Source of the DNA: a virus
Direction: 5' to 3' (one strand)
IMG/VR virus record: IMGVR_UViG_3300021602_000007
Coordinates: 3,179-67,178 of that record
Length of the DNA stretch: 64,000 nt
The notes beneath the pieces are model-generated. The model had not been told where the DNA came from. It did no database searches and saw only the letters and a program-made list of their open reading frames with translations. Every line of letters starts with the position of its first letter. Positions within the stretch are counted from its first letter, which is position 1. Position numbers and translations under genes: made by a program. Shown here piece after piece: positions 40,687 to 50,022 of this stretch.

Positions 40687-40776
40687 TTATTTTGATGCGT
40701 TACACGTGGGGCATAGTCCATTTATCAATTGACATCCACATCCGAAAGTTGCTTTGCAGTTACTACAAGTTGCCAT
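40687..40776 (-). CDS. 29-aa Cys-rich microprotein (not in ORF track)
   Basis: MATCSNCKATFGCGCQLINGLCPTCNASK*; fills the gap between two structural genes and overlaps the upstream stop by 14 nt; CxxC, CxC and CxxC motifs. Confidence 0.7.
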   Translation of the reverse strand: MATCSNCKATFGCGCQLINGLCPTCNASK

Positions 40777-41350
40777 AAGTATTGAAATTTATTACATAAT
40801 TATTACCAGAGCATCCACAGTTATTTCTAATAAAATTGTCAAGCATTCTATCTGCTTGTATATACAACCTGTTAGCTTCTGTTGTTGCACAATTATTAGC
40901 TGCTGCAATTGCCCCTTGAATGAAAAAATAAACTGTATTGAGATCTACCTTTGCTTGTGTCTTAATTGCTCTATCACATTCCATCATATCTAGTTTCATG
41001 AATGCTTCATCAAACTTTTCTTGAAGTCTTTCTACACGTATGATTGATCTTTCTATTTCATTCCATGTAAAATCAGCATTATTATATACAATATACTTTA
41101 AGAAGTACACTCCATCTGGGAGAGGAATATCAGGACTACCAACTGGTGTTAATCCTAATGTACTAGAAGTATATACATTAAAGCTATTAACATTAAAGTT
41201 AAGACTCTTTATTGCAAATCCAGGAATAGTTATATTAAGAGTTGCACTGACATTAGGTGGATCAGTAGGATATATTGACGCATCAGCAATACCAAGAGTT
41301 CTTGTATTATACGTAGGGATTACTAATATGTCTAATTTAAGATCTGCCAT
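40763..41350 (-). CDS. structural protein (putative tail hub/fibre attachment)
   Basis: Ig-like N-half ending LPDGVY, helical C-half; located in the structural operon. Confidence 0.5.
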   Translation of the reverse strand: MADLKLDILVIPTYNTRTLGIADASIYPTDPPNVSATLNITIPGFAIKSLNFNVNSFNVYTSSTLGLTPVGSPDIPLPDGVYFLKYIVYNNADFTWNEIERSIIRVERLQEKFDEAFMKLDMMECDRAIKTQAKVDLNTVYFFIQGAIAAANNCATTEANRLYIQADRMLDNFIRNNCGCSGNNYVINFNTYGNL

Positions 41351-41358
41351 ATGATTTA

Positions 41359-41407
41359 AAATAAATATGCCAGAGGATGTTGAGTTATCCTCTCTTCCTC
41401 TGGCATA
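41359..41407 (-). terminator. hairpin/partial terminator after the auxiliary capsid gene
   Basis: TATGCCAGAGGA-18nt-TCCTCTGGCATA followed by TTTATTT on the minus strand. Confidence 0.55.
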
Positions 41408-41438
41408 GGTTATATGAAATTAATCGCCTTTGTTATCC

Positions 41439-42620
41439 TTATGGGATCAAGGTGCTAGTAGTAGTAGTAGTTGAACGAGGAGCAGTAGATGTAGTGGTAG
41501 TAGTAATAACACAATTGTTATCATCTACAACAGCACCAATACCTGCTACTAATACAGCTTCAATATCTGCACCAATTGAGTTAGGAGCACCATTACCATC
41601 AGTCTGAGGAGTAGCAATAATTACTGTTGCATCTTCTGGAATATAATCACCCCAAACATATGCTGATTTATTTAACTCATTAAACTTAATGTAGTAGGTG
41701 TCATAAGTTGTACCAGCAGATACCCAGCTTTCAAAGTTCTCATTGTATCCAACCATCCGATATAGATGTTTAAGATAACCAGCTTGGTAGCTATAGAAGT
41801 TCTTTTCTAACTGTTGAATCTCAGCAGAAGTTCCACTTGGATAAGAAGAACGCTGTTGTACAACTGCTTCAGCTACAAAGTTACAAGCATCAGCAACAAT
41901 AAAGTCAGCTGTAGTTGCAGGACCACTGTAGACAAATGTACGGAACCACATCCTATCATATTCCCAAGGGAATGCAGCAACGTCACATGGTTGACCATAT
42001 TTAGTAAGAGGTTTACCAGTGATACGTAAAATAGTTCCACCTACATTTTCAAAAGTGTAGAATGTGTTAAAGCTAATGTTGTCAGGGTTGTTACCTGGAG
42101 CTTGTTGTCTAAGCTTAACAATGAATTGGTCAATCAATGCAGAAGTGTCAACAGTGTCACAAGGATCACCACCACAATCACAACAAGGAGCATTAACAGT
42201 CACTGAACGAGTGAAACCATTGAAATAAAGAGTATCAATGTAGCTAGCATGAGCACGTAATGTAAGAGTGACAATATCACCACATTTTACATTCCATCCA
42301 GTTACATCAGTAATCTGATTAGCAGGAGTAGGACATCCAGTTACTTTGTACCACTCAGTTACATTAGAATTGCAACCTACACCAGCAGGACAGCCCTTGA
42401 TTTTGTCAGAGCGTTTAGAACCTTGTAGGTAAGTGTTTACACGACCTTGTGCAATGTAGAAATAAGGGAAATCAGCAATGTCCGTTGAATCAACGGTAGC
42501 ATAACTGTTGTTAAAAATTCCAACGATTCCTGGAGCTAGGTCTTGCGTAGATCCAGCACTAGGGAGTGCAGCTTGCCCCACTGGTACTACGAATAGCGTT
42601 GTTAGAGAAAAATCAGCCAT
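41439..42620 (-). CDS. auxiliary capsid/decoration protein (crAss-like), Thr-rich C-terminal tail
   Basis: Position in the capsid module; codon bias like the MCP gene; Cys clusters; C-terminal TTTTTSTAPRSTTTTTST. Confidence 0.55.
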   Translation of the reverse strand: MADFSLTTLFVVPVGQAALPSAGSTQDLAPGIVGIFNNSYATVDSTDIADFPYFYIAQGRVNTYLQGSKRSDKIKGCPAGVGCNSNVTEWYKVTGCPTPANQITDVTGWNVKCGDIVTLTLRAHASYIDTLYFNGFTRSVTVNAPCCDCGGDPCDTVDTSALIDQFIVKLRQQAPGNNPDNISFNTFYTFENVGGTILRITGKPLTKYGQPCDVAAFPWEYDRMWFRTFVYSGPATTADFIVADACNFVAEAVVQQRSSYPSGTSAEIQQLEKNFYSYQAGYLKHLYRMVGYNENFESWVSAGTTYDTYYIKFNELNKSAYVWGDYIPEDATVIIATPQTDGNGAPNSIGADIEAVLVAGIGAVVDDNNCVITTTTTSTAPRSTTTTTSTLIP

Positions 42621-42651
42621 TTTGTTTATTTATTAAATTAAGAAAAAAAAG

Positions 42652-43383
42652 TTATTCGTTTGTTTGTATTCTGAATTGAGCACTCTGAACAGCAGAAGCA
42701 TTTTCTGTATACATTGCTAAATTCTGCACTGTAAGATCTACGAGCTCATCTTCAAGATATGTTTCAAGCTCACAGTTTTGATCATATGATGGTTCACCAT
42801 CTAATTGTATATATCCTGTTTTATTTATATATTGAGGATATCTCATATACATTATGTAGATCTTATCTGGAGTGAATGTGCCATCTGTGAAAATACTTAT
42901 TTCATCAGATGATAGGAAGTTAAAAGTCTCTTGGTATTCAAAAGATGGTTTGTAATGATCATTATTCAGAATGAATTGTAAATCACCATGTTTAGCTAAA
43001 TCTCGATTAATCCAGATCTTTCTATTTTTACATCTTCCTTTATGTGCTAATACATAACTATCAACATAAAACATATATCTAGGATTAAGTAGATGTATGT
43101 TTGCTGCCCATTGGTTTAGTTCAAGATTCTTCAAAGCTAGTGACAGAGCTCCATCATTGTAGGATATCACTAAACTTTGTAGATCTTCATATCGCTTTTT
43201 AAAGGCATCTAAGCCCATTCCACTTACAACGCTAATACCATCCACCTTTTGTTTGATAAGCTTAATTTGAGCCTCATTTAGGGCAAGAATCTTATCCTCA
43301 AGCTGGATCTGTTGGTGATCGTTTGTAGATAGCTTATTTAGTTTTTGATCAATCTTATATAATAAACTATCTACTGGTATCAT
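42652..43383 (-). CDS. head-tail connector/ring protein
   Basis: LNEAQ, YMRYP and CEL...L.DELVDL motifs recalled from crAss-like ring proteins. Confidence 0.6.
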   Translation of the reverse strand: MIPVDSLLYKIDQKLNKLSTNDHQQIQLEDKILALNEAQIKLIKQKVDGISVVSGMGLDAFKKRYEDLQSLVISYNDGALSLALKNLELNQWAANIHLLNPRYMFYVDSYVLAHKGRCKNRKIWINRDLAKHGDLQFILNNDHYKPSFEYQETFNFLSSDEISIFTDGTFTPDKIYIMYMRYPQYINKTGYIQLDGEPSYDQNCELETYLEDELVDLTVQNLAMYTENASAVQSAQFRIQTNE

Positions 43384-44348
43384 ATCGAAGCGAGTTTCTT
43401 AGTTTTTAACTTTCCTTCTAGTGTCAATAACTCATCTTGGTTATCATCATCTACAAGGAACTTAATTAAATCATCTTCGTCTTTAGCCACTTCAAACTCT
43501 CCTTCATAAACTTTACCATTTGGTTTCACTCTATAAACGGAATGTGTAATAGCTTGTTTGACAAGATCTTTAATATGGAGTAAGTTTTCTTTCATATCAG
43601 CAAACCTGTTAAAGACTTCCACTGTAGATAATCCTTGATATTTGCCACTTGCAAATTCAGTTTGTTTCAATACGTTATCAACTTGATTATATACAACATC
43701 TTCTTTAGAATCTTCTGTAACTGGCAATCCTAATAGTCTGGCCACCTTACGCTTCTTATCAGGACTCATTGAATCAAATTTAGAAATAGCCTTATTAATT
43801 AACTGCTTTTTCTTATATATGATTGCTGTTTCGATTTCATCATCTGCAACATAGAATTGTGTATCTGCAGGATATTCTCCACGTTCCCAAGCTTGATAGC
43901 TAGAAGCAATTGTAGGATGTACTCTCAACCATGAAAATGCTAGTTCTTGAAAAGCAATTGATAGATCAAATAAATTATCTCCATCTAATAGTTTAACAGG
44001 TTGAACATGTCTTTGATCATCACTAGATGTTGATAATCCGTAGTTCCAAAACTGTGAACGAGATCCAAGATCAATATCACCTAACTCATATTCAAGCTTT
44101 TCTTTCAATGCTATTACACGTTCAATCTCTAATTCTTTTTCTAGAGGATCTTGAATTCGTTTAATGTATGAAGCATCTTTGTCTAGTCCTGTTCTATATT
44201 TACCATCTAGCTCTTTGTAAGGATATTTAAATACTCCTGTTCCAGGAATCCTTGTCATGCCTTGAAGTGCAAGTCCACCTTGCATTGTTTGTAATTGAGC
44301 ATTATTATACTCTCTTTTCAATACTGAAATCTTTCCTAACTTACCCAT
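43380..44348 (-). CDS. conserved crAss-like structural/assembly protein downstream of MCP
   Basis: 322 aa; YRTGLD motif; synteny. Confidence 0.5.
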   Translation of the reverse strand: MGKLGKISVLKREYNNAQLQTMQGGLALQGMTRIPGTGVFKYPYKELDGKYRTGLDKDASYIKRIQDPLEKELEIERVIALKEKLEYELGDIDLGSRSQFWNYGLSTSSDDQRHVQPVKLLDGDNLFDLSIAFQELAFSWLRVHPTIASSYQAWERGEYPADTQFYVADDEIETAIIYKKKQLINKAISKFDSMSPDKKRKVARLLGLPVTEDSKEDVVYNQVDNVLKQTEFASGKYQGLSTVEVFNRFADMKENLLHIKDLVKQAITHSVYRVKPNGKVYEGEFEVAKDEDDLIKFLVDDDNQDELLTLEGKLKTKKLASI

Positions 44349-44382
44349 ATTTAGTTATTTTTAATTTATTGGTTTTAATCGT

Positions 44383-44488
44383 GAGATGTGATGATCGAAC
44401 ATCATAGCAATTGGGAAGACCCAATTCTCATCTCTATAGTTTGAAAAGGTCCTCCCCCAAGTGGAACTTAGGAGAGGATGATCTTTTC
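44383..44488 (-). other. structured intergenic RNA element after MCP
   Basis: Long G-U-containing hairpin (44443-44488) plus a three-way junction (44383-44434) with a T-loop-like TGATG-TTCGAT-CATCA arm. Confidence 0.5.
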
Positions 44489-44497
44489 GGGAGGGGT

Positions 44498-46051
44498 CTA
44501 GAACTGTGGAATTTCTTCGATGAGCACTGTACGTGATAAGTCCTCAATGAACACATCACAACGGTCTTTCATCCAAATTTCATATCCTGGGAACTTGTTA
44601 GCACTTGACATACCTTGAGATTTTGCAAATCCTAAGTGGTGACGAGTACCATCAATATATCCCCATGTCATAGAAGGAGCACCCTTCATACGCACTTCAC
44701 GCATGTTGTTAATCATAGAGCCATCGCTCATTGGGCTAACATCAAATACCATGAATACAGGAGTGCTTTTCTTGTTCTGTCCAAACTCTAAGTTAGACTG
44801 TGGAAGATCAAGTTCTTTCAAGTGAATAAGTTCAACACGACCAGTCTCACGAGTTACCATTGCATCAAATGCAAAGTTATAAGTGATGTGCTGTCCTTCT
44901 CCTTGCATATAGCGATTGCCTGAATCAGCCATGAAGGTAAGTCCACTATTAAGTGCATCTGTTTTAAGAGCCTGTTGGAATACATCAAATCCAGCTTCGT
45001 TAGTGTACATTTTAACCCTACGGTCTTTAACATCCACACGACGATAGAATAAATCTCCAAACACTGAACGAATCAAGTTAGCAGAGAACTCACCACGATT
45101 GTACTGAACAAGGTTACCATTGTTACGCATACGGTGGTATACACCAGCAGAAGTACGTTTCAATTCTTGTTTAGAACCATTAGTTTTAACAGTACCTGGC
45201 TTAGACCAAATCATACGTTTAACCTTAAGTTCTAACATAGATTTACGCATCCAGAATTCGATAAACGGTTCCCATTTAACATCATTACGAGTTAATGGTA
45301 ATTGGTTCCTACGCTGTGGAGCATATACCAAAATGTCAAGAGCTTTACCAGAAGCATCACGCATCATTTTGTCATCAGCCCATTCTGTGATTTTGTGTTC
45401 AAAACCATAACCAGAACCAAGAGATTCAAACATAGTGATCTGCTCACCCAAACGTGGAAGACCTAATAGATCTTGGTCAAACTCACCGATAGCAGCATCA
45501 ACTAATTCTAGTTCAATACCAATCTGTAGGAATGTAGAAGATACATAATCAACAGTAGGATTGTCACTGATAAGAGTGAAGCTGTACAAGTAACCCACGT
45601 TCCAAGGTTGAGGATCTTTGATCACATAGAAACGAGGACCATACTGACGAGAACCTACAGAAATGATTGCATTCTTAGAGAATTCGTTAGTATCAAGAAT
45701 GAGTTGAAATTCTTGACCATCAATACCTGGCTTGCTTAATTGAGCAGTAGTTTCAGGAACGTCAATAATTTTAGGGAATTTGTAAGGTACTGCTACCTGC
45801 CATTTCCAAGCATCACTATTATTATCAATATAATAAGGTGTGCTTTTGTTAATCATGTCAAGGAAGTCATTACTGTACAGTGAGCTCTGTGTGTAAAGAC
45901 TGATGATTTTTTTATCATAGTCTGCAGGCTCAGTGCTGTGAAATGATTCCAAGTGATTAGCATCGGTAAGTTTACCTACAGCACGTTTGTCCATTGAAGC
46001 GATACGTGCATAAGTAAAACCAGTTAGACCTGGGATTGTTTGAATTGCCAT
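44498..46051 (-). CDS. major capsid protein (HK97 fold, crAss-like)
   Basis: 517 aa after portal and scaffold; LTDANHL motif; strong highly-expressed codon bias. Confidence 0.85.
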   Translation of the reverse strand: MAIQTIPGLTGFTYARIASMDKRAVGKLTDANHLESFHSTEPADYDKKIISLYTQSSLYSNDFLDMINKSTPYYIDNNSDAWKWQVAVPYKFPKIIDVPETTAQLSKPGIDGQEFQLILDTNEFSKNAIISVGSRQYGPRFYVIKDPQPWNVGYLYSFTLISDNPTVDYVSSTFLQIGIELELVDAAIGEFDQDLLGLPRLGEQITMFESLGSGYGFEHKITEWADDKMMRDASGKALDILVYAPQRRNQLPLTRNDVKWEPFIEFWMRKSMLELKVKRMIWSKPGTVKTNGSKQELKRTSAGVYHRMRNNGNLVQYNRGEFSANLIRSVFGDLFYRRVDVKDRRVKMYTNEAGFDVFQQALKTDALNSGLTFMADSGNRYMQGEGQHITYNFAFDAMVTRETGRVELIHLKELDLPQSNLEFGQNKKSTPVFMVFDVSPMSDGSMINNMREVRMKGAPSMTWGYIDGTRHHLGFAKSQGMSSANKFPGYEIWMKDRCDVFIEDLSRTVLIEEIPQF

Positions 46052-46078
46052 TTTGTTATCTATTTAATATTAAAAAAA

Positions 46079-47308
46079 TTATTCGAACCATGAATTAGGT
46101 TTCTTTTGTTGAGTGACAGATTTTACTTTTGTCACTTGTCTTGCTACTTCTCCAAATAATTGATCAGACTTCTTTGAGACTCCTGATCGTTGTATTGTTG
46201 ATAATGTAGGATCTTTTTCTAAGATCTTAAGAAGTAGTGCAACCTTAACTTTCATTGCATGATTCTCAGGTCGTTTCATTTCTAAGATGGCTTTATCAAA
46301 ATCTGTTAATGTTTCACCAGAGTTTGTTTTATACTTATCCACCAGGAGGAAGTCTTGTAGTTCGTTAGCCAATTTTGGATTGATGGGAATACCATCAAAC
46401 TCTTTTGTTTTTAGTTTATCCTGAACGATCTGTTGAACATTCTGTATATACTGATTTTTAATTGCAGCTTTTTGTTGTAACTCTTGTTCAGATTTCTGTT
46501 CTAGTTGTTGAAGTTTTATAGCTTCTCGTTTGACTAACACCTTATGATGTTTAGCAGCTACTGTTTCAAGATCACCGTAGTTTCTAAGCCTATCAATTTC
46601 TGTGATTACATCTTCTGGCTCAAAACCTTGATCAGTCAATGCTTGCTTTATAACTCTCACTTGATTATCTTCGTCAGCTAGATCAAGTTCTGCAAAGTTT
46701 GCAATTGTATTATATGTATTGAAATAATCTTTTGGATTAACTCCTTTTACAAATATGGCTTCAAATGCATTTTGATAGTCTTCTCCAAATTGACCAATGA
46801 AATTATTTACAACTTCAATAGCACCTTTCTTTTTTTCTGCAGTGAATCTTTCAAGAAATTCTTCAGGAGTTGTTACAGGAACATCTTCCTCATCTTCATC
46901 CTTTGTAAATACACCTAGTTTATATAGGTCTTTTGAAAGTGCTGTGAATTGTGAAACTTCTTCTTCTTCTTCAGATTCAGGTTCTTCACTAGTAACAGTC
47001 TTTTTTGGAGCAACATATTCATCATCATCTTCATCAGTGTCATCATCTCCTAAGAAATTAGAAATAAGGTCTTGATCAGTGGTTTCTTCTCCTTCAAGTT
47101 TTTGAACAATTTCTTTTCCTTTTGAAGGAGCTTTTGTTGGAGCAGGATCTTCAACCTGTGCAATGATCTCTTTGAGTTCATTAGGATCTGAAGTGGATGT
47201 TTCTGGAGATAACAGATCATTTAAAAGTTCTGCATTTCCCATTCCCATTTCCATAGTATTTTCAATACTAAAATTTCCGAAAGACGGAGTCTCTAGATTT
47301 TCAGCCAT
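46079..47308 (-). CDS. capsid scaffolding-type protein
   Basis: Very acidic N-half, helical C-half; located between portal and MCP. Confidence 0.65.
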   Translation of the reverse strand: MAENLETPSFGNFSIENTMEMGMGNAELLNDLLSPETSTSDPNELKEIIAQVEDPAPTKAPSKGKEIVQKLEGEETTDQDLISNFLGDDDTDEDDDEYVAPKKTVTSEEPESEEEEEVSQFTALSKDLYKLGVFTKDEDEEDVPVTTPEEFLERFTAEKKKGAIEVVNNFIGQFGEDYQNAFEAIFVKGVNPKDYFNTYNTIANFAELDLADEDNQVRVIKQALTDQGFEPEDVITEIDRLRNYGDLETVAAKHHKVLVKREAIKLQQLEQKSEQELQQKAAIKNQYIQNVQQIVQDKLKTKEFDGIPINPKLANELQDFLLVDKYKTNSGETLTDFDKAILEMKRPENHAMKVKVALLLKILEKDPTLSTIQRSGVSKKSDQLFGEVARQVTKVKSVTQQKKPNSWFE

Positions 47309-47343
47309 ATGTAGTTTATTTTATTTTTGGTTTTTATTACACG

Positions 47344-47374
47344 TAAAAGTAGAATAAAGGTATTTAATATCAAA
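47344..47374 (-). promoter_or_regulatory. Bacteroidota sigmaA-type promoter for scaffold/MCP
   Basis: Minus strand TTTG-N19-TACTTTTA; the -33 element overlaps a second TACCTTTG. Confidence 0.65.
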
Positions 47375-47445
47375 GGTATATCGTTCTATAGTTATAACTT
47401 TTGTGGATAATATAGCATTAATATTTTTTTTTCTAACTAAATTTA

Positions 47446-50022
47446 TTATTTTTTATTACGACCTTTAGCATTTTCTCTAGCAACTGCTAGATCATTTGCT
47501 TGATTTTCCCTTGCAACCTGCAGCTTTTCTCTTTCCACTTGAAGCTTTTGCATATTCTGCATATTCTTACTTTGAATATCTGCCATCTTAAGTTGATAAT
47601 CTTTAGCAGCTTTAGTTTGTTCATGTGTTAATTTATTAATTTCTAGGACATCAGGTACAGCATTAGCATCTGCATCAGGAAGAGCACCCCCTTTTGCTTC
47701 AGCAGCAATGAGTGCTATCTCTTTCTTATTGATTCTATCTAGTTCATTCTGATAGTCTTCATGAGCAAGATCAGCATCATGTTGTTGTTGTGCTTGTGCA
47801 AGGTTTGCTTGAGCTTGTTGATTCTGTTGATCAAGCTGTTGCTGTTGTTGTTGAGCTTGTTGCTCTTGCATTTGTTGTTGTTTATCTCTAAGATCTTTAA
47901 ATGTTTTCTTCATTGCTCTCATACTCTTAGTAGAATATAGTTCAATTATATCATATAATGATCCACCATTTTGTATAACAGCTTGTGCTAATTGACGTAG
48001 TTCATTAAACATCTGAGTATCTTCAGGACGATTGGTGAGGAACACCTTCAAATCTCTAAACTTAAGATCATCACCATTCACTTGTACAAATGCAGATTCT
48101 CCTTCTGATGTTATATATGATAGGGTAGATTGTGGTTTAGCACTTTCTACATATAATGATGCATCAATAATAGCTTGATACAATTGACCAATTACATACT
48201 CGTGAGCAACGAATAGAGGCTCTGTTTGCGAATAACTTTGTTGCATAGCAGTGTTGGTACCTGTAGCAGTTTCACTAGCTGAAATAGTTCCCATACGCTG
48301 TCTAGACATACCTATAAGTTCCCAACATTCATTCTTCACTTGTTGAGCAAGAGTGTACCTAGATTGTATTTCTTGTGTACGTGTAAGATCAAGAGCTGTA
48401 AATTGATTGAATGAACTTGGACTCTTTAAGTTTTCTGGAGAGTCATCAATAAATACCACTCCTCTTCTACGTGCTTCCATTTCCCATATATCTAATGCAT
48501 CTTGTGCATCTCCATCTTTAGGGATTGGAATATGTCTTAAGGACATTAATTGCACCTTACCCACTTCTTTTTCAAGAAGCTGATAAAGCTGGTTCATACA
48601 TACATTATATAACACTTGGAAAGGCTTCATTAAATCAACTAAGCTTCTTGCCTCTGTATTCTTCACTTCATATGTAGTACCAATAATAGGGCAATAGCTA
48701 AGAAGTTTAAAAGGTTTAATATGATAGATGTCTGGACCAATCTTTGTTCCTTGATACCATTCATTAATCCATCCCCACTCTAATGATTGTTGTGTAGGAA
48801 TAGTTCCTGATTTATAATTTTCATCAACAAGCATTGATTGCTCATTGCCCATTTCATCTATAAATATAAGTTTGCCTATTTTCTTTTTAGATATCCAATA
48901 GCTTCTAACAACAACATACTTATATCCAAATGAAGACACATTGTTTGTAAGTCCTAAGAAGTCTTTTAGTCCATCATTATTTTCTTTCATCTCACTCTCT
49001 ATCATCATTCTTGTCTGAAGAACGAGAGGATCAAATGTGTCATATTGCACTGAGTCTATACCTTCTGGGGCATTAGGATTACCAAGGTTTGATTCACGAA
49101 CATTGATTAAGCCATAATCCTGTAGAGAAGAACGTAAGTGATCTATCTCTTCTTTTGTAATATCTGGAATACTTTCAATGATTTCTGATAGTTCCATAAC
49201 TGTCACTGTACCAGCAGCATATGCACCCTGTGCTCTACCTGTTGGATCAGAAACCCACTTTCTATCTGGTGTTGTAAGGAACCATACGTTCTTTGGATTA
49301 GCCACTTCTATATTATATCCCACCTTAGAGTTGTCTTCATATATATGATAGAACTCCCTTGCTGAGATTAACATATCCCTAAATGCATCCTCACTCTTTT
49401 CTTTTAGATTAAATTCAGCTTTCTCACATGTTAATACATGATTGGCCCATTTCTCTGCAATAGATGTATAAGAGTCTAATTGATCCTGCACTTGTTCCAT
49501 TGTCATCTTTTGAACATCTTCATCAGATACTTCTTGACCAGCCATTGCAACTTTTTGTAGAATCTTTTCTTTAGCTTGATTGACAATAAACTCTTGAAGA
49601 ATACCAGTTTTAAATTCTAGTTCTTCAGACTTACTATCATCATCAAATGCTTTCACTCTAAATGTATCAGGGCGTTTGGAGATCTCTCCAACTAGCTCAT
49701 TGATAGGAGTGGTGATAATACTATAATGTTTTACATATGCAGGAAGTTGTAAATCTGCTTCTAACATATCTGTAAAACTTTTAACCTGAGGCTCTTGATA
49801 GAAATCTTCCATACGAAGAATACCTTTCATCAAATCATAGTTCTTTACAAAGGTGTCTCGGTTCTTTACATATTCAGCATAGGCTTTGTTAGCAAAATAG
49901 TCCATTGTGTTCTTCACCCAACTCTCATCTTGCTTTTCTTTATCTGTCTTGAATTGATCAGGAAAGATGTTAAGATATGCATACCTAATAGTAGCATCTT
50001 TTGTATACCTTATAATTGCCAT
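47446..50022 (-). CDS. portal protein
   Basis: 858 aa directly after TerL; INELVGE..KRP and SLVDLMKPFQ motifs; Gln-rich C-terminal coiled-coil barrel. Confidence 0.85.
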   Translation of the reverse strand: MAIIRYTKDATIRYAYLNIFPDQFKTDKEKQDESWVKNTMDYFANKAYAEYVKNRDTFVKNYDLMKGILRMEDFYQEPQVKSFTDMLEADLQLPAYVKHYSIITTPINELVGEISKRPDTFRVKAFDDDSKSEELEFKTGILQEFIVNQAKEKILQKVAMAGQEVSDEDVQKMTMEQVQDQLDSYTSIAEKWANHVLTCEKAEFNLKEKSEDAFRDMLISAREFYHIYEDNSKVGYNIEVANPKNVWFLTTPDRKWVSDPTGRAQGAYAAGTVTVMELSEIIESIPDITKEEIDHLRSSLQDYGLINVRESNLGNPNAPEGIDSVQYDTFDPLVLQTRMMIESEMKENNDGLKDFLGLTNNVSSFGYKYVVVRSYWISKKKIGKLIFIDEMGNEQSMLVDENYKSGTIPTQQSLEWGWINEWYQGTKIGPDIYHIKPFKLLSYCPIIGTTYEVKNTEARSLVDLMKPFQVLYNVCMNQLYQLLEKEVGKVQLMSLRHIPIPKDGDAQDALDIWEMEARRRGVVFIDDSPENLKSPSSFNQFTALDLTRTQEIQSRYTLAQQVKNECWELIGMSRQRMGTISASETATGTNTAMQQSYSQTEPLFVAHEYVIGQLYQAIIDASLYVESAKPQSTLSYITSEGESAFVQVNGDDLKFRDLKVFLTNRPEDTQMFNELRQLAQAVIQNGGSLYDIIELYSTKSMRAMKKTFKDLRDKQQQMQEQQAQQQQQQLDQQNQQAQANLAQAQQQHDADLAHEDYQNELDRINKKEIALIAAEAKGGALPDADANAVPDVLEINKLTHEQTKAAKDYQLKMADIQSKNMQNMQKLQVEREKLQVARENQANDLAVARENAKGRNKK

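Noticed and set aside
44383-44434. tRNA gene
   Set aside because: Only a T-loop-like arm with a 6-nt loop; no D arm, full cloverleaf or CCA. Kept as a structured element only.
35061-46051. Possible TAG/TGA stop-codon reassignment as in some gut crAss-like phages; ring gene TAG abuts the IHF-like ATG in frame at 35535-35540, and MCP ends in TAG
   Set aside because: Giant genes are uninterrupted under code 11, TAG and TGA stops fall at sensible gene ends, and no suppressor tRNA is seen. Occasional read-through cannot be excluded but has no support.
47780-47885. CAA/CAG-rich repeat in the portal gene
   Set aside because: Gln-rich coiled-coil barrel, common in podovirus-type portals.
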